A DNA stretch of 63,954 bases, counting the filler, from Octopus bimaculoides (lineage: Eukaryota), in the NCBI RefSeq assembly GCF_001194135.2. It is 6 parts of 4 records of this genome, joined end to end, with 100 filler letters (N's around TTAATTAATTAA, not from the genome) between each part and the next. Parts side by side here need not be neighbours in the genome. Positions count along the whole stretch, not along the records: positions 1 to 28,263 come from NC_068982.1; 5 more parts are not named here. One strand, 5' to 3'. Below are positions 1 through 12,950 of this stretch, one piece after another (the stretch's first letter is position 1; every line of letters begins with the position of its first letter). The notes below the pieces were generated by a model. The model saw only the letters and a list, made by a program, of their open reading frames with translations, searched no databases and had not been told where the DNA came from. Both the position numbers and the translations under genes were made by a program.

Positions 1-302
1 TATATACATACATATGCATAGATATATTTAAATATATGCATGTGTTTGTATATGTATATATGTGTGCATGCGTATATAGAGGCATGTCTCTGTGTGTGTG
101 TGAGTGTGTGTGCGTGTGTGTGTGTGTGTGTGTGGTTGTTGGTTGTTAGTATCACTCTGGCTGTGTGTCTTTGATTCAATCAAATATAATTACCTACCTG
201 CAACTTTCACCGTCAAGTGTTAAGTCTGACTGTTAATTAGCACTGACATATCATGAATAATGCTCTAATTAGTAGACAGCAGCTCGCTTTATTCGCAGCT
301 GT

Positions 303-349
<47 letters not shown>

Positions 350-572
350 CAGGAGGAGGAGGAAGAGGAGGAGGAGGAGGAGAAGGAGGATAACATCAGC
401 GGTGGCGGTTTGCATCATCACCATCATCATCGTCGTCATCATCATAGAGAGATTATTAGTATTGCTGGTGTAGGTGTTGCCATTCTATGCATTTATATGC
501 GTTCTGTACGTATATGTATATACATACACACGCACACACACACATATATACATATATTTATATATGTATGCA

Positions 573-630
<58 letters not shown>

Positions 631-726
631 CATTGATATATACATTCACATACATAACAATATATATACATGCAGTTGCACGTGTACGTTTCTGAGTGTA
701 TACAAATGCATGCATATTATATATAT
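1..726. repeat. Microsatellite mosaic: (TG)n, (GAT)n, (GGA)n, (CAT)n, (TA/CA)n
   Basis: Directly visible tracts, e.g. (GAT)n ~303-348 followed by (GGA)n ~350-390 and TA/CA-rich sequence running into the first gap. Confidence 0.95.
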
Positions 727-1561
727 NNNNNNNNNNNNNNNNNNNNNNNNNNNNNNNNNNNNNNNNNNNNNNNNNNNNNNNNNNNNNNNNNNNNNNNNNN
801 NNNNNNNNNNNNNNNNNNNNNNNNNNNNNNNNNNNNNNNNNNNNNNNNNNNNNNNNNNNNNNNNNNNNNNNNNNNNNNNNNNNNNNNNNNNNNNNNNNNN
901 NNNNNNNNNNNNNNNNNNNNNNNNNNNNNNNNNNNNNNNNNNNNNNNNNNNNNNNNNNNNNNNNNNNNNNNNNNNNNNNNNNNNNNNNNNNNNNNNNNNN
1001 NNNNNNNNNNNNNNNNNNNNNNNNNNNNNNNNNNNNNNNNNNNNNNNNNNNNNNNNNNNNNNNNNNNNNNNNNNNNNNNNNNNNNNNNNNNNNNNNNNNN
1101 NNNNNNNNNNNNNNNNNNNNNNNNNNNNNNNNNNNNNNNNNNNNNNNNNNNNNNNNNNNNNNNNNNNNNNNNNNNNNNNNNNNNNNNNNNNNNNNNNNNN
1201 NNNNNNNNNNNNNNNNNNNNNNNNNNNNNNNNNNNNNNNNNNNNNNNNNNNNNNNNNNNNNNNNNNNNNNNNNNNNNNNNNNNNNNNNNNNNNNNNNNNN
1301 NNNNNNNNNNNNNNNNNNNNNNNNNNNNNNNNNNNNNNNNNNNNNNNNNNNNNNNNNNNNNNNNNNNNNNNNNNNNNNNNNNNNNNNNNNNNNNNNNNNN
1401 NNNNNNNNNNNNNNNNNNNNNNNNNNNNNNNNNNNNNNNNNNNNNNNNNNNNNNNNNNNNNNNNNNNNNNNNNNNNNNNNNNNNNNNNNNNNNNNNNNNN
1501 NNNNNNNNNNNNNNNNNNNNNNNNNNNNNNNNNNNNNNNNNNNNNNNNNNNNNNNNNNNNN

Positions 1562-1605
<44 letters not shown>

Positions 1606-1736
1606 CATATAACCGTGAGTACTCGATGTATTCATCATTCTTTCACCGACTGACAAACGCTAAGTAGATTCACAAACTTGTTTGAACACGCAGTCACATA
1701 CACACGCGCACAGAAACACACAAATTCTTTTTTTAT

Positions 1737-1768
<32 letters not shown>

Positions 1769-1797
1769 GTATTTATACATGTATGTGAGTGTGTATG

Positions 1798-1834
<37 letters not shown>

Positions 1835-2135
1835 GGGTGTATATGCTTGTAGAAAATCGGTTACTGGCATTGATCCGATATGCAATACATTATATATTAT
1901 ATAATACAAAAACATACACATACATTTTACATGCCACTTTCACATGCACACGTACATACACAGATCCAAGCACGCACACGCACACACACACACACACACC
2001 TGCGTGTGTGTATGTTATATGTATATAGACATATGTGTCTTCGTTGGTATATGAGGTAGACATAGGTATTATGTATATGTGTGTGTTTGTATGTTTGTAT
2101 GCCAGTATATATATATGTATATGTAAGCATGCATT

Positions 2136-2167
<32 letters not shown>

Positions 2168-2219
2168 TATACATTCAGATATAAGACACATGTGCATATT
2201 ATACATATATACATATATA

Positions 2220-2345
2220 CAGTAATCCCTCGACTATCGCGGGTGTTACGGTTCAACCCCCGCCCGACCCCACGCGATAGATAAAAATCCGTGAAGTAGA
2301 AACAGTACAGTACTGTATAATTTTTTTTATCAATTTTTATAATTT
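2220..2345 (+). mobile_element. pogo/Tigger-like DNA transposon 5' end (truncated)
   Basis: TA then CAGTAATCCCTCGACTATCGCGG, resembling Tigger-type TIRs; no partner TIR found; cut by a SINE at 2347. Confidence 0.55.
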
Positions 2346-2346
2346 T

Positions 2347-2515
2347 TAGGAATGGCTGTGTGGTAAGTAGCTTGCTTACGAACCACATGGTTCTGGGTTC
2401 AGTCATACTGTGTGGCACCTTGGGCAAGCGTCTTCTACCATAGCCTCGGGCCGACCAAAGCCTTGTGAGTGGATTTGGTAGATGGAAACTGAAAGAAGCC
2501 CATCATGCATGTATG

Positions 2516-2550
<35 letters not shown>

Positions 2551-2617
2551 TTGTGTGTATGTGTTTGTCCCCCAACATCGCTTGACAACCGATGCTGGTG
2601 TGCTTACGTCCTCGTAA
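2347..2617 (+). mobile_element. tRNA-derived SINE family A (internal microsatellite), 3'-truncated
   Basis: Head TGGCTGTGTGGTAAG...GGTTCAGTC (A/B-box-like), body GGCACCTTGGGCAAG...GAAAGAAGCCC, internal (TA)(TG) tract; matches copies at 7190, 10866, 15968, 19845. Confidence 0.85.
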
Positions 2618-3545
2618 ACAATATGAGACTTCGAAAGGCAGTTGCTCTGCAAATCCCAAATTTTATTTTGGCTCGCGGTAGCATCTGTCTTTCGAAGTCT
2701 CATATTGTCGTTGAATGCTCGAAACGAGGAGTAGACAGACAGCCGACAACTGATAAAGGGTCGTTCTTTATGTTACTTGCCTTAACCCTGATTTCATATT
2801 TCATGTTGTTTACGTTTTGTGACGTCCTGTACCCACAGTTATGTATATACATATATGTAGGTATATATGCATATATATATATTTATATACATTATTTATA
2901 TTATCATTTGATAGAACGCCACGCATCCATTTCCANNNNNNNNNNNNNNNNNNNNNNNNNNNNNNNNNNNNNNNNNNNNNNNNNNNNNNNNNNNNNNNNN
3001 NNNNNNNNNNNNNNNNNNNNNNNNNNNNNNNNNNNNNNNNNNNNNNNNNNNNNNNNNNNNNNNNNNNNNNNNNNNNNNNNNNNNNNNNNNNNNNNNNNNN
3101 NNNNNNNNNNNNNNNNNNNNNNNNNNNNNNNNNNNNNNNNNNNNNNNNNNNNNNNNNNNNNNNNNNNNNNNNNNNNNNNNNNNNNNNNNNNNNNNNNNNN
3201 NNNNNNNNNNNNNNNNNNNNNNNNNNNNNNNNNNNNNNNNNNNNNNNNNNNNNNNNNNNNNNNNNNNNNNNNNNNNNNNNNNNNNNNNNNNNNNNNNNNN
3301 NNNNNNNNNNNNNNNNNNNNNNNNNNNNNNNNNNNNNNNNNNNNNNNNNNNNNNNNNNNNNNNNNNNNNNNNNNNNNNNNNNNNNNNNNNNNNNNNNNNN
3401 NNNNNNNNNNNNNNNNNNNNNNNNNNNNNNNNNNNNNNNNNNNNNNNNNNNNNNNNNNNNNNNNNNNNNNNNNNNNNNNNNNNNNNNNNNNNNNNNNNNN
3501 NNNNNNNNNNNNNNNNNNNNNNNNNNNNNNNNNNNNNNNNNNNNN

Positions 3546-3589
<44 letters not shown>

Positions 3590-3960
3590 AGGTAGGCAGG
3601 CAGGCAGGCAGGTTGGTAAGAAAGTAGGTAGGTAGGTAGGTAAGTAGGTACGCATGTACATATATATATGTATTGTCGAAAGAACATGAGTTACGTAATT
3701 ATATAATTATATGATATAAGAACGCAGAGTGCTATGTTTCCGAAGTTAAACATTGTAAACTAATGAATGTAATTACATAACTCTTATTCTTTAGCGCTGG
3801 AATTGCGTTTCTGTTTGTATGAGAGACCTGATGGAAGGATATCTGGGAGTTAACAATTCCTCTTGTCACAGCTTATAAATACCGGATATTATAAATGCAT
3901 AGAATTACAACAAGCGTTTAGTAATCTTTTTTAAGCAAAACACAACTATGAGATAGATAG

Positions 3961-3991
<31 letters not shown>

Positions 3992-4496
3992 CATACATAC
4001 ATACATACATACATACATACATACATACATGCATACATACATAGAAAGATAGATAGACAGATGCAGCTTTTACACAAACCAATAAATGTTGTTTGTTTTT
4101 TACCGATTTCTATATCCCTTAGAATGTCGGTGATATTCGTCACTGAGATAACGAAATCAGATTGAAACCCCATGTCTAGCGATCGTCTGGATTTCTAAGC
4201 AAAGCACTGCATTTTTTAACACACAAGTCCTGTCGAGCAATTTCTATTTGAAAATATTACAGCTACTATCGTTCCACGTTTGTATATGAATGTCATAAAT
4301 GTATAAACACACCGGTAGTATGGCATAAGGCTGTTTCACGAACATGCATCAATTTAACTCTTACCTGACCATCTTTTACACAAATTAGTAAATATTTTGC
4401 TTACTGATTTCTAGATCGGAGCAAGTACATTCTGCTTAGCTCAGGATATTCGTCACTGATGAGCCGGTATCAGGTCGAAACACCGGAGTTATGAAC

Positions 4497-4690
4497 TGGA
4501 GGTGCGTGGCTTAGTAGTTACGATGTTGGATTCATGGTTGTGAGATTGCGGCTTCGATTTCTGGTAAATATGAGTAATCCTGCAACGAACCAGCGTACCC
4601 TCCAGGAGGAATGTATGCGCTACAGAAACCGGGAAAGCGGTCCTATGAGTGTATATGACTCGGGAATGTTCTTTACCCTGTTGCCTGTTT
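4497..4690 (+). mobile_element. Degenerate tRNA-derived SINE family D
   Basis: GTGGCTTAGTAGTT...TTCGATT head, GAGTAATCCTGC core and GAAACCGGGAAA tail shared with 8342 and 15665 copies. Confidence 0.55.
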
Positions 4691-5791
4691 TCTGAACGAA
4701 GTCTTGTGTTTGTTTGTTTGTTTTTTGCATAGATTATCTGTGACAAAATACCACAGTTGGGGGCCGTTCAACTTTTGTCCATACATTATTAATGTTATAC
4801 ATACCGATAATAGTCCTTCTGATGTAATACACGAATATTCTCTACATCAGTAATGTGTGCTTAGATATTTTTTCCCAGAACAGTCACTTCAACAGATGGA
4901 ATTGTGTATTGCTTTAGCACAAAAAACCATACATAAAGTTATGGATTGGTTTGGTACAAAAAAAAAAAAAAGATATCGTTGCGCATAGAAAAATATTACG
5001 ACAATGATATTTTAGGATACACACAGATTATACGTAAAAATCCCTCCACAGAATTTTGATACAATCGACATTGTGATTACAACTTGCAGGATTAAAGGAT
5101 TTACTATATCTTTTGTTCGCCAGATATTTTGTAAATATCGCCTGCTTGTGGATTGAAGCAAAAACCATCGAAGTGTGACGTGATGTAACAGTGAAAGCTT
5201 CCAACTGATGTTAGGATCTCGTGGCTTTTATTAACAATGGAACCTATGTCTTTTGAAGTCTGTTGAATGTTGGTAGCAGCATTCATACTGAAACAGCATT
5301 TTAAGATATGTGCGTGTGTACATATACATGTGTTGTATACATATGTACGTGTGTGTGCATATACATTTGTTATATATATATATGGACGTGTGTGCATGTG
5401 TATGTATATGTTCAGGGGTTGTATAAATATATGTATATATATATATACATATATATACAAACACATCGATATACATTTATATATACACACACATACACAT
5501 TTATATACATATATATTTACGCGTGTATATTATATGTGTTGTATATATCCCTGAATGTGTGTATCTTTGCGTGTATGTATGTGTGTGTGTGGATGTATGT
5601 ATGCATATATGTGTGTATGTGTGTATTATGTATGTACATATATATTCATATATATGCTTATATGCTTGTGAATGTATATATGAATGTATGTATGTATGTA
5701 TGTATGCATGTATGTATCTATGTAGGTAGGTAGGTAGGTAGGTAGGTAGGTAGGTAGGTAGGTAGGTACCGATGTGTGTGAGTGTGTGAGA

Positions 5792-5840
<49 letters not shown>

Positions 5841-5987
5841 CTTCATCTCTTTAACTGTTTGACCATGTCTCTGCAGTGTCTGTGTGTCTGTATGTACTGC
5901 GTGTGTGCGCATGTGCATGTTGTTTGTCATGCGTGCTGTGTGTTGTGTGCAGATAGATAGGTGAACAGATAGCCCACTAGCTAACTG

Positions 5988-6044
<57 letters not shown>

Positions 6045-6055
6045 GTTTGTGTAAG

Positions 6056-6114
<59 letters not shown>

Positions 6115-7189
6115 CTGCTTGAGAAAATCTCAGGGGATTTTTCTCTTTATTTCTTTCAACTGCTTAAATCCATTATTTAAGCAAACATTACTGAAAATAA
6201 CAAACTTTGTGGAGTGTTTATTTATTTATTCAGCCCGGATTAGTTTGTTTTGCAACACCATCTCTTCATTTACTCTCTCGCTTATTACCAATTCCACTAA
6301 ATACGATAAAAATCAATTAATATGCAAAATTTGAATCTTTTCTATCACTCGTGATACAGAAAGTGTACCATGTTTAATTTAGCAAAATAATTTTTAAAAA
6401 AACCATTAGTCTTCAGTGTTGGCCATTCTCAATGTTATAGAAACAAAAACTGAAGTGATAAGCATGCTGAGATTTAGTAAAACCTTATGGCAACGTAAGT
6501 TAGAAATAAAACGGAATAAAATATGGCGTTGCCAAGAGATAACAAAGATGCAGAAATGTTTAAAATTCCGTTTGAAACATTCCGATATTTCGGGTAAAAA
6601 ATCCCTTCTTCAAGTATCATGAGAAGATCAAAATTTTTATTTTCGTATACAACATATGAACAAGTACAACTTTTAGAACATTGTCATTTTATAAGATTTT
6701 GCTGGAAAATTTTAAAATTAACATAATCATTTAGAAAATTAGCGGAGAACTTTCATCTAATTCTTTCAAGTCTTTCTGTTAAAATTGTATTGAAACCATT
6801 TGTGGGGAAATTTTTCTGTTTTTTATCACAGCAACTGGTCGCATACCACAAGGTTTAACGGATCCTACTGAAACAAGCCAATACGCTCGCAGCATTACCA
6901 CGAGCGATAGCGAGGCTAAGGCATGTGACGTGTTCTCCGAGTCAGCTCATAGCCAGCTCGATCTATCTCCTGATAGAAAATTATTCTTTCGCATCATTTT
7001 AAAGCTTAGCAATTTTCATGTTAAAGAAAGAGGAGTGTCGTGTGCTGGTCAAGTGGCCGGCCAAATACTGTCTAATTAACTAAAAACTAATGCCTGGAAA
7101 CTAGCATGATGTATAATAGTTCCCAGTCGAAAATTTCAGATACCCATTGAGTTAACCCAGATTTCAGTCAAATAAGTTATAATAAAAGC

Positions 7190-7635
7190 GAAGGCGTGGC
7201 TGTGTGGTAAGAAGCTTACTTCCCAACCACATGGTTCCGGGTTCATTCCTACTGCGTGGCTCCTTAAGAAAATATGTTCTACTATAGCCTACAACCGAAC
7301 AAAGTCTGGTGAGTGGATCTGGTAAACGGAAACTGAAATTAAACCCGTCGTATATATGTATGTATATAACTACATGCGTGTATATAAGTGTGTGTGCATA
7401 TGCGTGTATATGTGTGTAGATGTGTGTGTATCTTGTGTGTGTCTCTCTCACCACCGCTTGACAACCGGTATTGGTGAGTTTACATCCCAGTAACAAAGCG
7501 GTTCGACAAAAGTGATCGATAGAATAGGTACCAGGCTGTAAAAATATAAGTACTGGGTTGATACGTTCGACTAAAATTCTTCAAGGCGGTGCCCCAGCAT
7601 GGCCGCAGAATAATGTCTGAAACAAATAAAAGATA
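7190..7635 (+). mobile_element. SINE family A, near full length
   Basis: GGCGTGGCTGTGTGGTAAG head, GGTTCCGGGTTCA B-box region, internal microsatellite, 3' AAGGCGGTGCCCCAGCATGGCCGCAG...GAAACAAATAAAAGATAAAG tail. Confidence 0.9.
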
Positions 7636-7771
7636 AAGCATAAAGATATACGATCCCTTTTGCTAACTCCTATTTCTTTTAGAATCCCTAGGGTTTTAAG
7701 CGTACCAGATCATACTTCTACATCGAAATTGATCTCACTTTCACGTTAATCAAAGTAGTAGCATCCCTTTG

Positions 7772-8145
7772 TGAAGGCTCAGTGGTTAAGGCATCGGACT
7801 CGCAGTCATAGGATCGCATTTTCGATTCCCAGATCGGGCGTTATGAGTGTTTATTGAGCAAAAACACCTAAAGCTCCACGAGGCTCCGGCAGAGGGTGGT
7901 GGCGAACCCAACTGTACTCTTTCACCACAACTTTCTCTCAGTCTTTATTCCTATTTCTGTTGTACTTGCATCTCAAAGGGGCCAGCCTTGTCACACTCTA
8001 TGTCACGTTGAATCTCCCCGAGAACTACGTTAAGGGTACACATGTCTGTGGAGTGCTCAGCCACTTGCACGTTAATTCCACGAGCAGGCTGTTCCGTTGA
8101 TCGGATCAGCTGGAACCCTTGTCGTCGCAACCGACGGAATGCCAC
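7772..8145 (+). mobile_element. tRNA-derived SINE family C
   Basis: GGCTCAGTGGTT...TTCGATTCC head and long conserved 3' block GGAGTGCTCAGCCACTTGCACGTTAA...GTCGCAACCGACGG shared with 13668 and 14588 copies. Confidence 0.85.
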
Positions 8146-8341
8146 GCATCATCCCTTTAATAAAGTTACATTATAGTCTTTTACTATTTTAGTTGTGTCA
8201 GTCATTGAACTTCAGCCAAGCTGGAGCAATCGCTTATTGAAGCTGCTCCATCAACAACTGATAAGGAAACGAACTGTCGACCCTTCAGTTATTAGTCTGG
8301 AACCCTCATCGTATATACGACGAGACTATAATGTATATGTA

Positions 8342-8582
8342 GCGTGTGGAAGCACGTGGCTTAACGATTAGGGCGTTGGACTCATCATCGTAAGACTGTG
8401 GTTTCGATTCCTGCGATACACGACACTTTTTATTTCGCGTTCCTCCAGTCCACTCAGCTGACAAAAGTGAGTAATCCTGCGAGAGACTAGCATCCCATCC
8501 AGGTGGGGATTACATACAAGACTGAAACAAGGAAACCGGAACCGGCCCATATCAACCCGGTATGGCTCGAGAAGGAAACAAT
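8342..8582 (+). mobile_element. tRNA-derived SINE family D
   Basis: GTGGCTTAACGATTAGG...GTTTCGATTCC head, CCAGTCCACTCAGCTG core, GACTAGCATCCCATCCAGG block, GGAAACCGG tail. Confidence 0.75.
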
Positions 8583-8599
8583 TATCATTAATTCTAATC

Positions 8600-8790
8600 C
8601 TTCACTTCTCTCAGTCATTAGACTGTGGCCATGCTGGAGCACCACCTTGAATAATTTTAGTCGAATGAATCGATCCTCGTAGTATCTGTTTTCAAGCCAG
8701 GTACTTATTCTATCGGTGTGCTTTACCGAACTTCTATATTACGGGGACGTAAACGCACTAACACTGGTTATTAAGGGTGGTGGGGCACAA
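8600..8790 (-). mobile_element. SINE family A, 3' half
   Basis: Reverse complement matches the family A 3' half (GTTTACGTCCCCGTAA...GGTGCTCCAGCATGGCCACAG). Confidence 0.75.
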
Positions 8791-8926
8791 ACACACACGC
8801 ATATATATATATACATATATATATATATAAATATATATATATACAAATATATATACATATATAAACATATATATATATATATATATATAAACATATATAT
8901 ATATAAACATATATATATATATACAA

Positions 8927-8985
<59 letters not shown>

Positions 8986-10865
8986 NNNNNNNNNNNNNNN
9001 NNNNNNNNNNNNNNNNNNNNNNNNNNNNNNNNNNNNNNNNNNNNNNNNNNNNNNNNNNNNNNNNNNNNNNNNNNNNNNNNNNNNNNNNNNNNNNNNNNNN
9101 NNNNNNNNNNNNNNNNNNNNNNNNNNNNNNNNNNNNNNNNNNNNNNNNNNNNNNNNNNNNNNNNNNNNNNNNNNNNNNNNNNNNNNNNNNNNNNNNNNNN
9201 NNNNNNNNNNNNNNNNNNNNNNNNNNNNNNNNNNNNNNNNNNNNNNNNNNNNNNNNNNNNNNNNNNNNNNNNNNNNNNNNNNNNNNNNNNNNNNNNNNNN
9301 NNNNNNNNNNNNNNNNNNNNNNNNNNNNNNNNNNNNNNNNNNNNNNNNNNNNNNNNNNNNNNNNNNNNNNNNNNNNNNNNNNNNNNNNNNNNNNNNNNNN
9401 NNNNNNNNNNNNNNNNNNNNNNNNNNNNNNNNNNNNNNNNNNNNNNNNNNNNNNNNNNNNNNNNNNNNNNNNNNNNNNNNNNNNNNNNNNNNNNNNNNNN
9501 NNNNNNNNNNNNNNNNNNNNNNNNNNNNNNNNNNNNNNNNNNNNNNNNNNNNNNNNNNNNNNNNNNNNNNNNNNNNNNNNNNNNNNNNNNNNNNNNNNNN
9601 NNNNNNNNNNNNNNNNNNNNNNNNNNNNNNNNNNNNNNNNNNNNNNNNNNNNNNNNNNNNNNNNNNNNNNNNNNNNNNNNNNNNNNNNNNNNNNNNNNNN
9701 NNNNNNNNNNNNNNNNNNNNNNNNNNNNNNNNNNNNNNNNNNNNNNNNNNNNNNNNNNNNNNNNNNNNNNNNNNNNNNNNNNNNNNNNNGTGCGTATTTG
9801 TGAATTTGTGTGTGTGTGTGTGTACGTGTGTGCGCACTTGTGTGTGTGTGCGTGCGTGCGTGTTTGTGTGTGTGTGAGCGTATTTGTGTTTGTGTGTGTA
9901 TATGTGTGTGTGCGTGCGTGCGTATTCGTGTGTATGCGTGTGTGCGTGCGTATTTGTATGTGATTGTGTGCGTGTGTGTGTGTGTGTGTGCGTATTTGTG
10001 TGTGCATGTGTGTGTGCGCGCGTGCGTGCGTGTGTACGCGCGCGCGTACGTGTGTGTGTCTGTGTGTGTATGTGTGTGTGTGTGTGTGTGCTTCTTTGTG
10101 TCTGTGTCTGCTGAGCGGCTTGCATCTTAAGAAGGAAACTATTATATAAATTTCAAGCGAACTGTAAGCTTGAATAATACATTAGGCTTTTGCTGCTGCC
10201 ACTACTACTACAACTTTTACAACTACCACCACCACTACTACGACTACTATAACTGAATAATACATTGTAAGCTGTTTAGAGAATCTCGTGCAATTTGAAT
10301 AAGAGACATCTATGGAAGCAGTAGAAAGCCTGTCTTGCTATCTTGCTATGTTCACATTTCTGCGGCTTCTGTTTGAGATTAAAAATACTTCCTTTTACCG
10401 TTACTGGTCAACATATTTCAGCAGCCTCTTTATGTACAAGCTTTTGCATTGAGACCTTGAACAAGTTATTTTCCTCTAAACATTTCGAGCTTTCATTAGC
10501 TAATGTCGTTGGTCTGTATTCTATTCATGGTTGATTCACGTAATTATTTGTCATGTAGGCTTCTTAAGAATGGATATTATTATGGCAAATATTCAATACT
10601 GTAATGCAAACTGTTATTTATTCACTATGAGAAATATTTCAAGATTACAATCAAAATAGACACCAGAATATTGAAATAGCAAAATCTATAGAGAAAGAGT
10701 TCTGCAAACTACGCTTACTTTATTTAAGACACTTTCGTTAATATTTCGGGAAGTTATAGAGAAGATACACTGTGCTGATGATTTTCCAGCAAGAAATGAA
10801 ACGTATCTGGAGTTATTCCCCGTATTTCTCGGTGAAAATATAAATTGCTCACAAACTATTATTTC

Positions 10866-10990
10866 CAACTACATGGTTCCGAGTTCAGTCCCACTGCGTG
10901 GTACCTTGTGCAAGTGTCTTCTACTATAGCCTCTGGCCGACTAAAGCCTTGTGTGTGGATTTGGTAGGCGGAAACTGAAAGAAGCCCATC

Positions 10991-11051
<61 letters not shown>

Positions 11052-11300
11052 TGTATGTATGTATGTATGTGTGTGTGTATGTGTGTGTGTATGTGTTTGT
11101 GTGTCTGTGTTTGTTCTCAAACATCGCTTGACAACCGATGCTGGTGTGTTTACGTCCCTGTAAATTACCGGATCGTCAAAAGAGACCGATAGAATAAGTA
11201 CTAGGCTTGCAAAGAATAAGTCCTAGGGTCACTTTGTTCGACTAAAAGCGGTGCTTCAGGATGGCCGCAGTCAAATGACTGAAACAAGTAAAAGAGTAAA
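10866..11300 (+). mobile_element. SINE family A, 5'-truncated
   Basis: ACATGGTTCCGAGTTCAGTCCCACTGCGTGG..., internal (TA)(TATG)(TG) tract, family 3' tail. Confidence 0.9.
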
Positions 11301-11351
<51 letters not shown>

Positions 11352-11379
11352 TGTAGTAGTTGTAGTAGTAGTAGTAGTA

Positions 11380-11600
11380 TTGGCGGTGAGCTGGCAGAAT
11401 CGTTAGCGCGCTGGGTGGAATACTTAGCGGTATTTTGCACACTCGCTACCTTCTGAGTTCCAATTCCGCCGAGGTCGACTTTACCTTTCATCCTTTCGGG
11501 ATCGATAAAATAAGTACCAGTGAAACACTGGGGCTGATGTAATCGACTCATCCCCTCCCCCAAAATTGCTGCTCTTGTGGCAAAATTTGAAACCATTGTT
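11380..11600 (+). mobile_element. tRNA-derived SINE family B
   Basis: GGCGGTGAGCTGGCAGAATCGTTAGC head, GAGTTCCAATTCCGCCGAGGTCGAC B-box region; matches copies at 19873 and 37400. Confidence 0.9.
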
Positions 11601-11776
11601 ATTATTATTGTTATTGTTGTTATTGTTGTTTTACTTCTCTGTATTGTTCAGGGTTAAACACCTTCGCTTGTCCCATCCTCACTAAATGCATAAAAGAAAG
11701 TAACCCATCTTACTATTGCGTTCCATCACATCAGATCTATATACCCCTAGTTTGAATTGAAGGAATCCACTGTGAT

Positions 11777-11924
11777 CCAGGTTCGAAATTTCCCCGAGAC
11801 ACCCGATGAAGGCTGGAGGGTATATCAGCCAAAACGTTGTGTTAATAACAAACAAGATGAGGACAAATATCCGTCGAATGTAAATAATGTACATAATTCC
11901 TCATCTCTTAAATATAGAACTGTA
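11777..11924 (+). mobile_element. Short Penelope-type terminal-repeat element with degenerate hammerhead motif (copy 1)
   Basis: Homologous to 48950-49122 (-) and 50224-50375 (+). GAGACAC-CCGATGA-A-GGCTG/CAGCC-AAAAC-GTT-GTGTT at 11796-11843; two core substitutions. Confidence 0.75.
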
Positions 11925-12009
11925 TGCCAAGTCTTGTTAAAGTTATTACAAGAACTGTATTATATATATTAAATCTCTGAGCGAGAAGTAAACGGTAGCA
12001 GCACGGAAT

Positions 12010-12395
12010 CGTGAAGTGTATTTGCGAACTAAATGTGGCGGTCCCATAGAGGAAGATGCTACTGTTGGTTTTAGCCCCAGGAGGACACCTCCTCCAGCTG
12101 GCTAACAATACACTGTCTGTGTCTGATTAGTATTTGCGAGGGGAGGTCATCGCTCCCATCTCTAGCCTTACGTGATACACACAGACCCGGGTTTCTGGGA
12201 AGTTACCCGTCATTAATATGTGATAATCACCAACTCAGGCTAGAGATGGGAACGATGATTTCCCTTCGCAAATACTAATCAGACACAGAGAGCGTGTCAT
12301 TAGCCATCTAGAGGAGGTGTCCTCCTGGAACTAAAAACAACAGTAGCATCGTCCTCTATGGGACCGCCACATTTAGTTGGCAAATATACTTCACG
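12010..12395. repeat. Fold-back (MITE-like) element: ~159-bp inverted arms around a 68-nt loop
   Basis: 12010-12168 is the reverse complement of 12237-12395, with scattered substitutions (roughly 85-90% identical by eye). Confidence 0.95.
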
Positions 12396-12409
12396 GTGTA
12401 TTATATATG

Positions 12410-12950
12410 TTATTACAAAATGAGACGAGGACTTGCGTGAATTATTAGATGATAAGACATGTCTTGCATCAATTATTACAAAATAAGAGAAATCTAGTGA
12501 AAGTTATTACATGTCTTTGAAAAGTTATGACAGGACCTGTCTTACATACGTTTTTACAAGATATGACAAGTCTTGTGTGAGTTACTGCAAGGCAAATTTT
12601 GAATATATTTCAAGACAAGTCTTGTGAAAAGCAATATTAGACAAGTTTTGTATAAGATATAAGACGAATAGACGAGTTTTGTATATGGTATCAAAATAAA
12701 TCTTGTGGATCTTTTTGCAAGATAAGACAAGTTTTATGAAAGTTATTGCAGGATAAGACAAATCTTGTATCAATTATTACACGATAAGACAGTCTTCTGT
12801 ACGTTATTATTAGGTGAGTCTTGTGAAAATTATTGTAAGATGAGACAAGTTTTGTATAAATTATTACAAGATGAGACATGCTTTGTGTAAATTATTACAA
12901 TGTAAGATAAGTCAGATATATAAGTTATTACAAGTTTTGAGAAAGTCATT
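12410..12950. repeat. Degenerate ~30-bp minisatellite
   Basis: Recurring AATTATTACAAGATRAGACAAGTYTTGT-like unit. Confidence 0.8.

Noticed and set aside
410-1667. Long ORFs spanning N runs (here and at every gap)
   Set aside because: They are open only because N codons contain no stops; the flanks are microsatellite translations.
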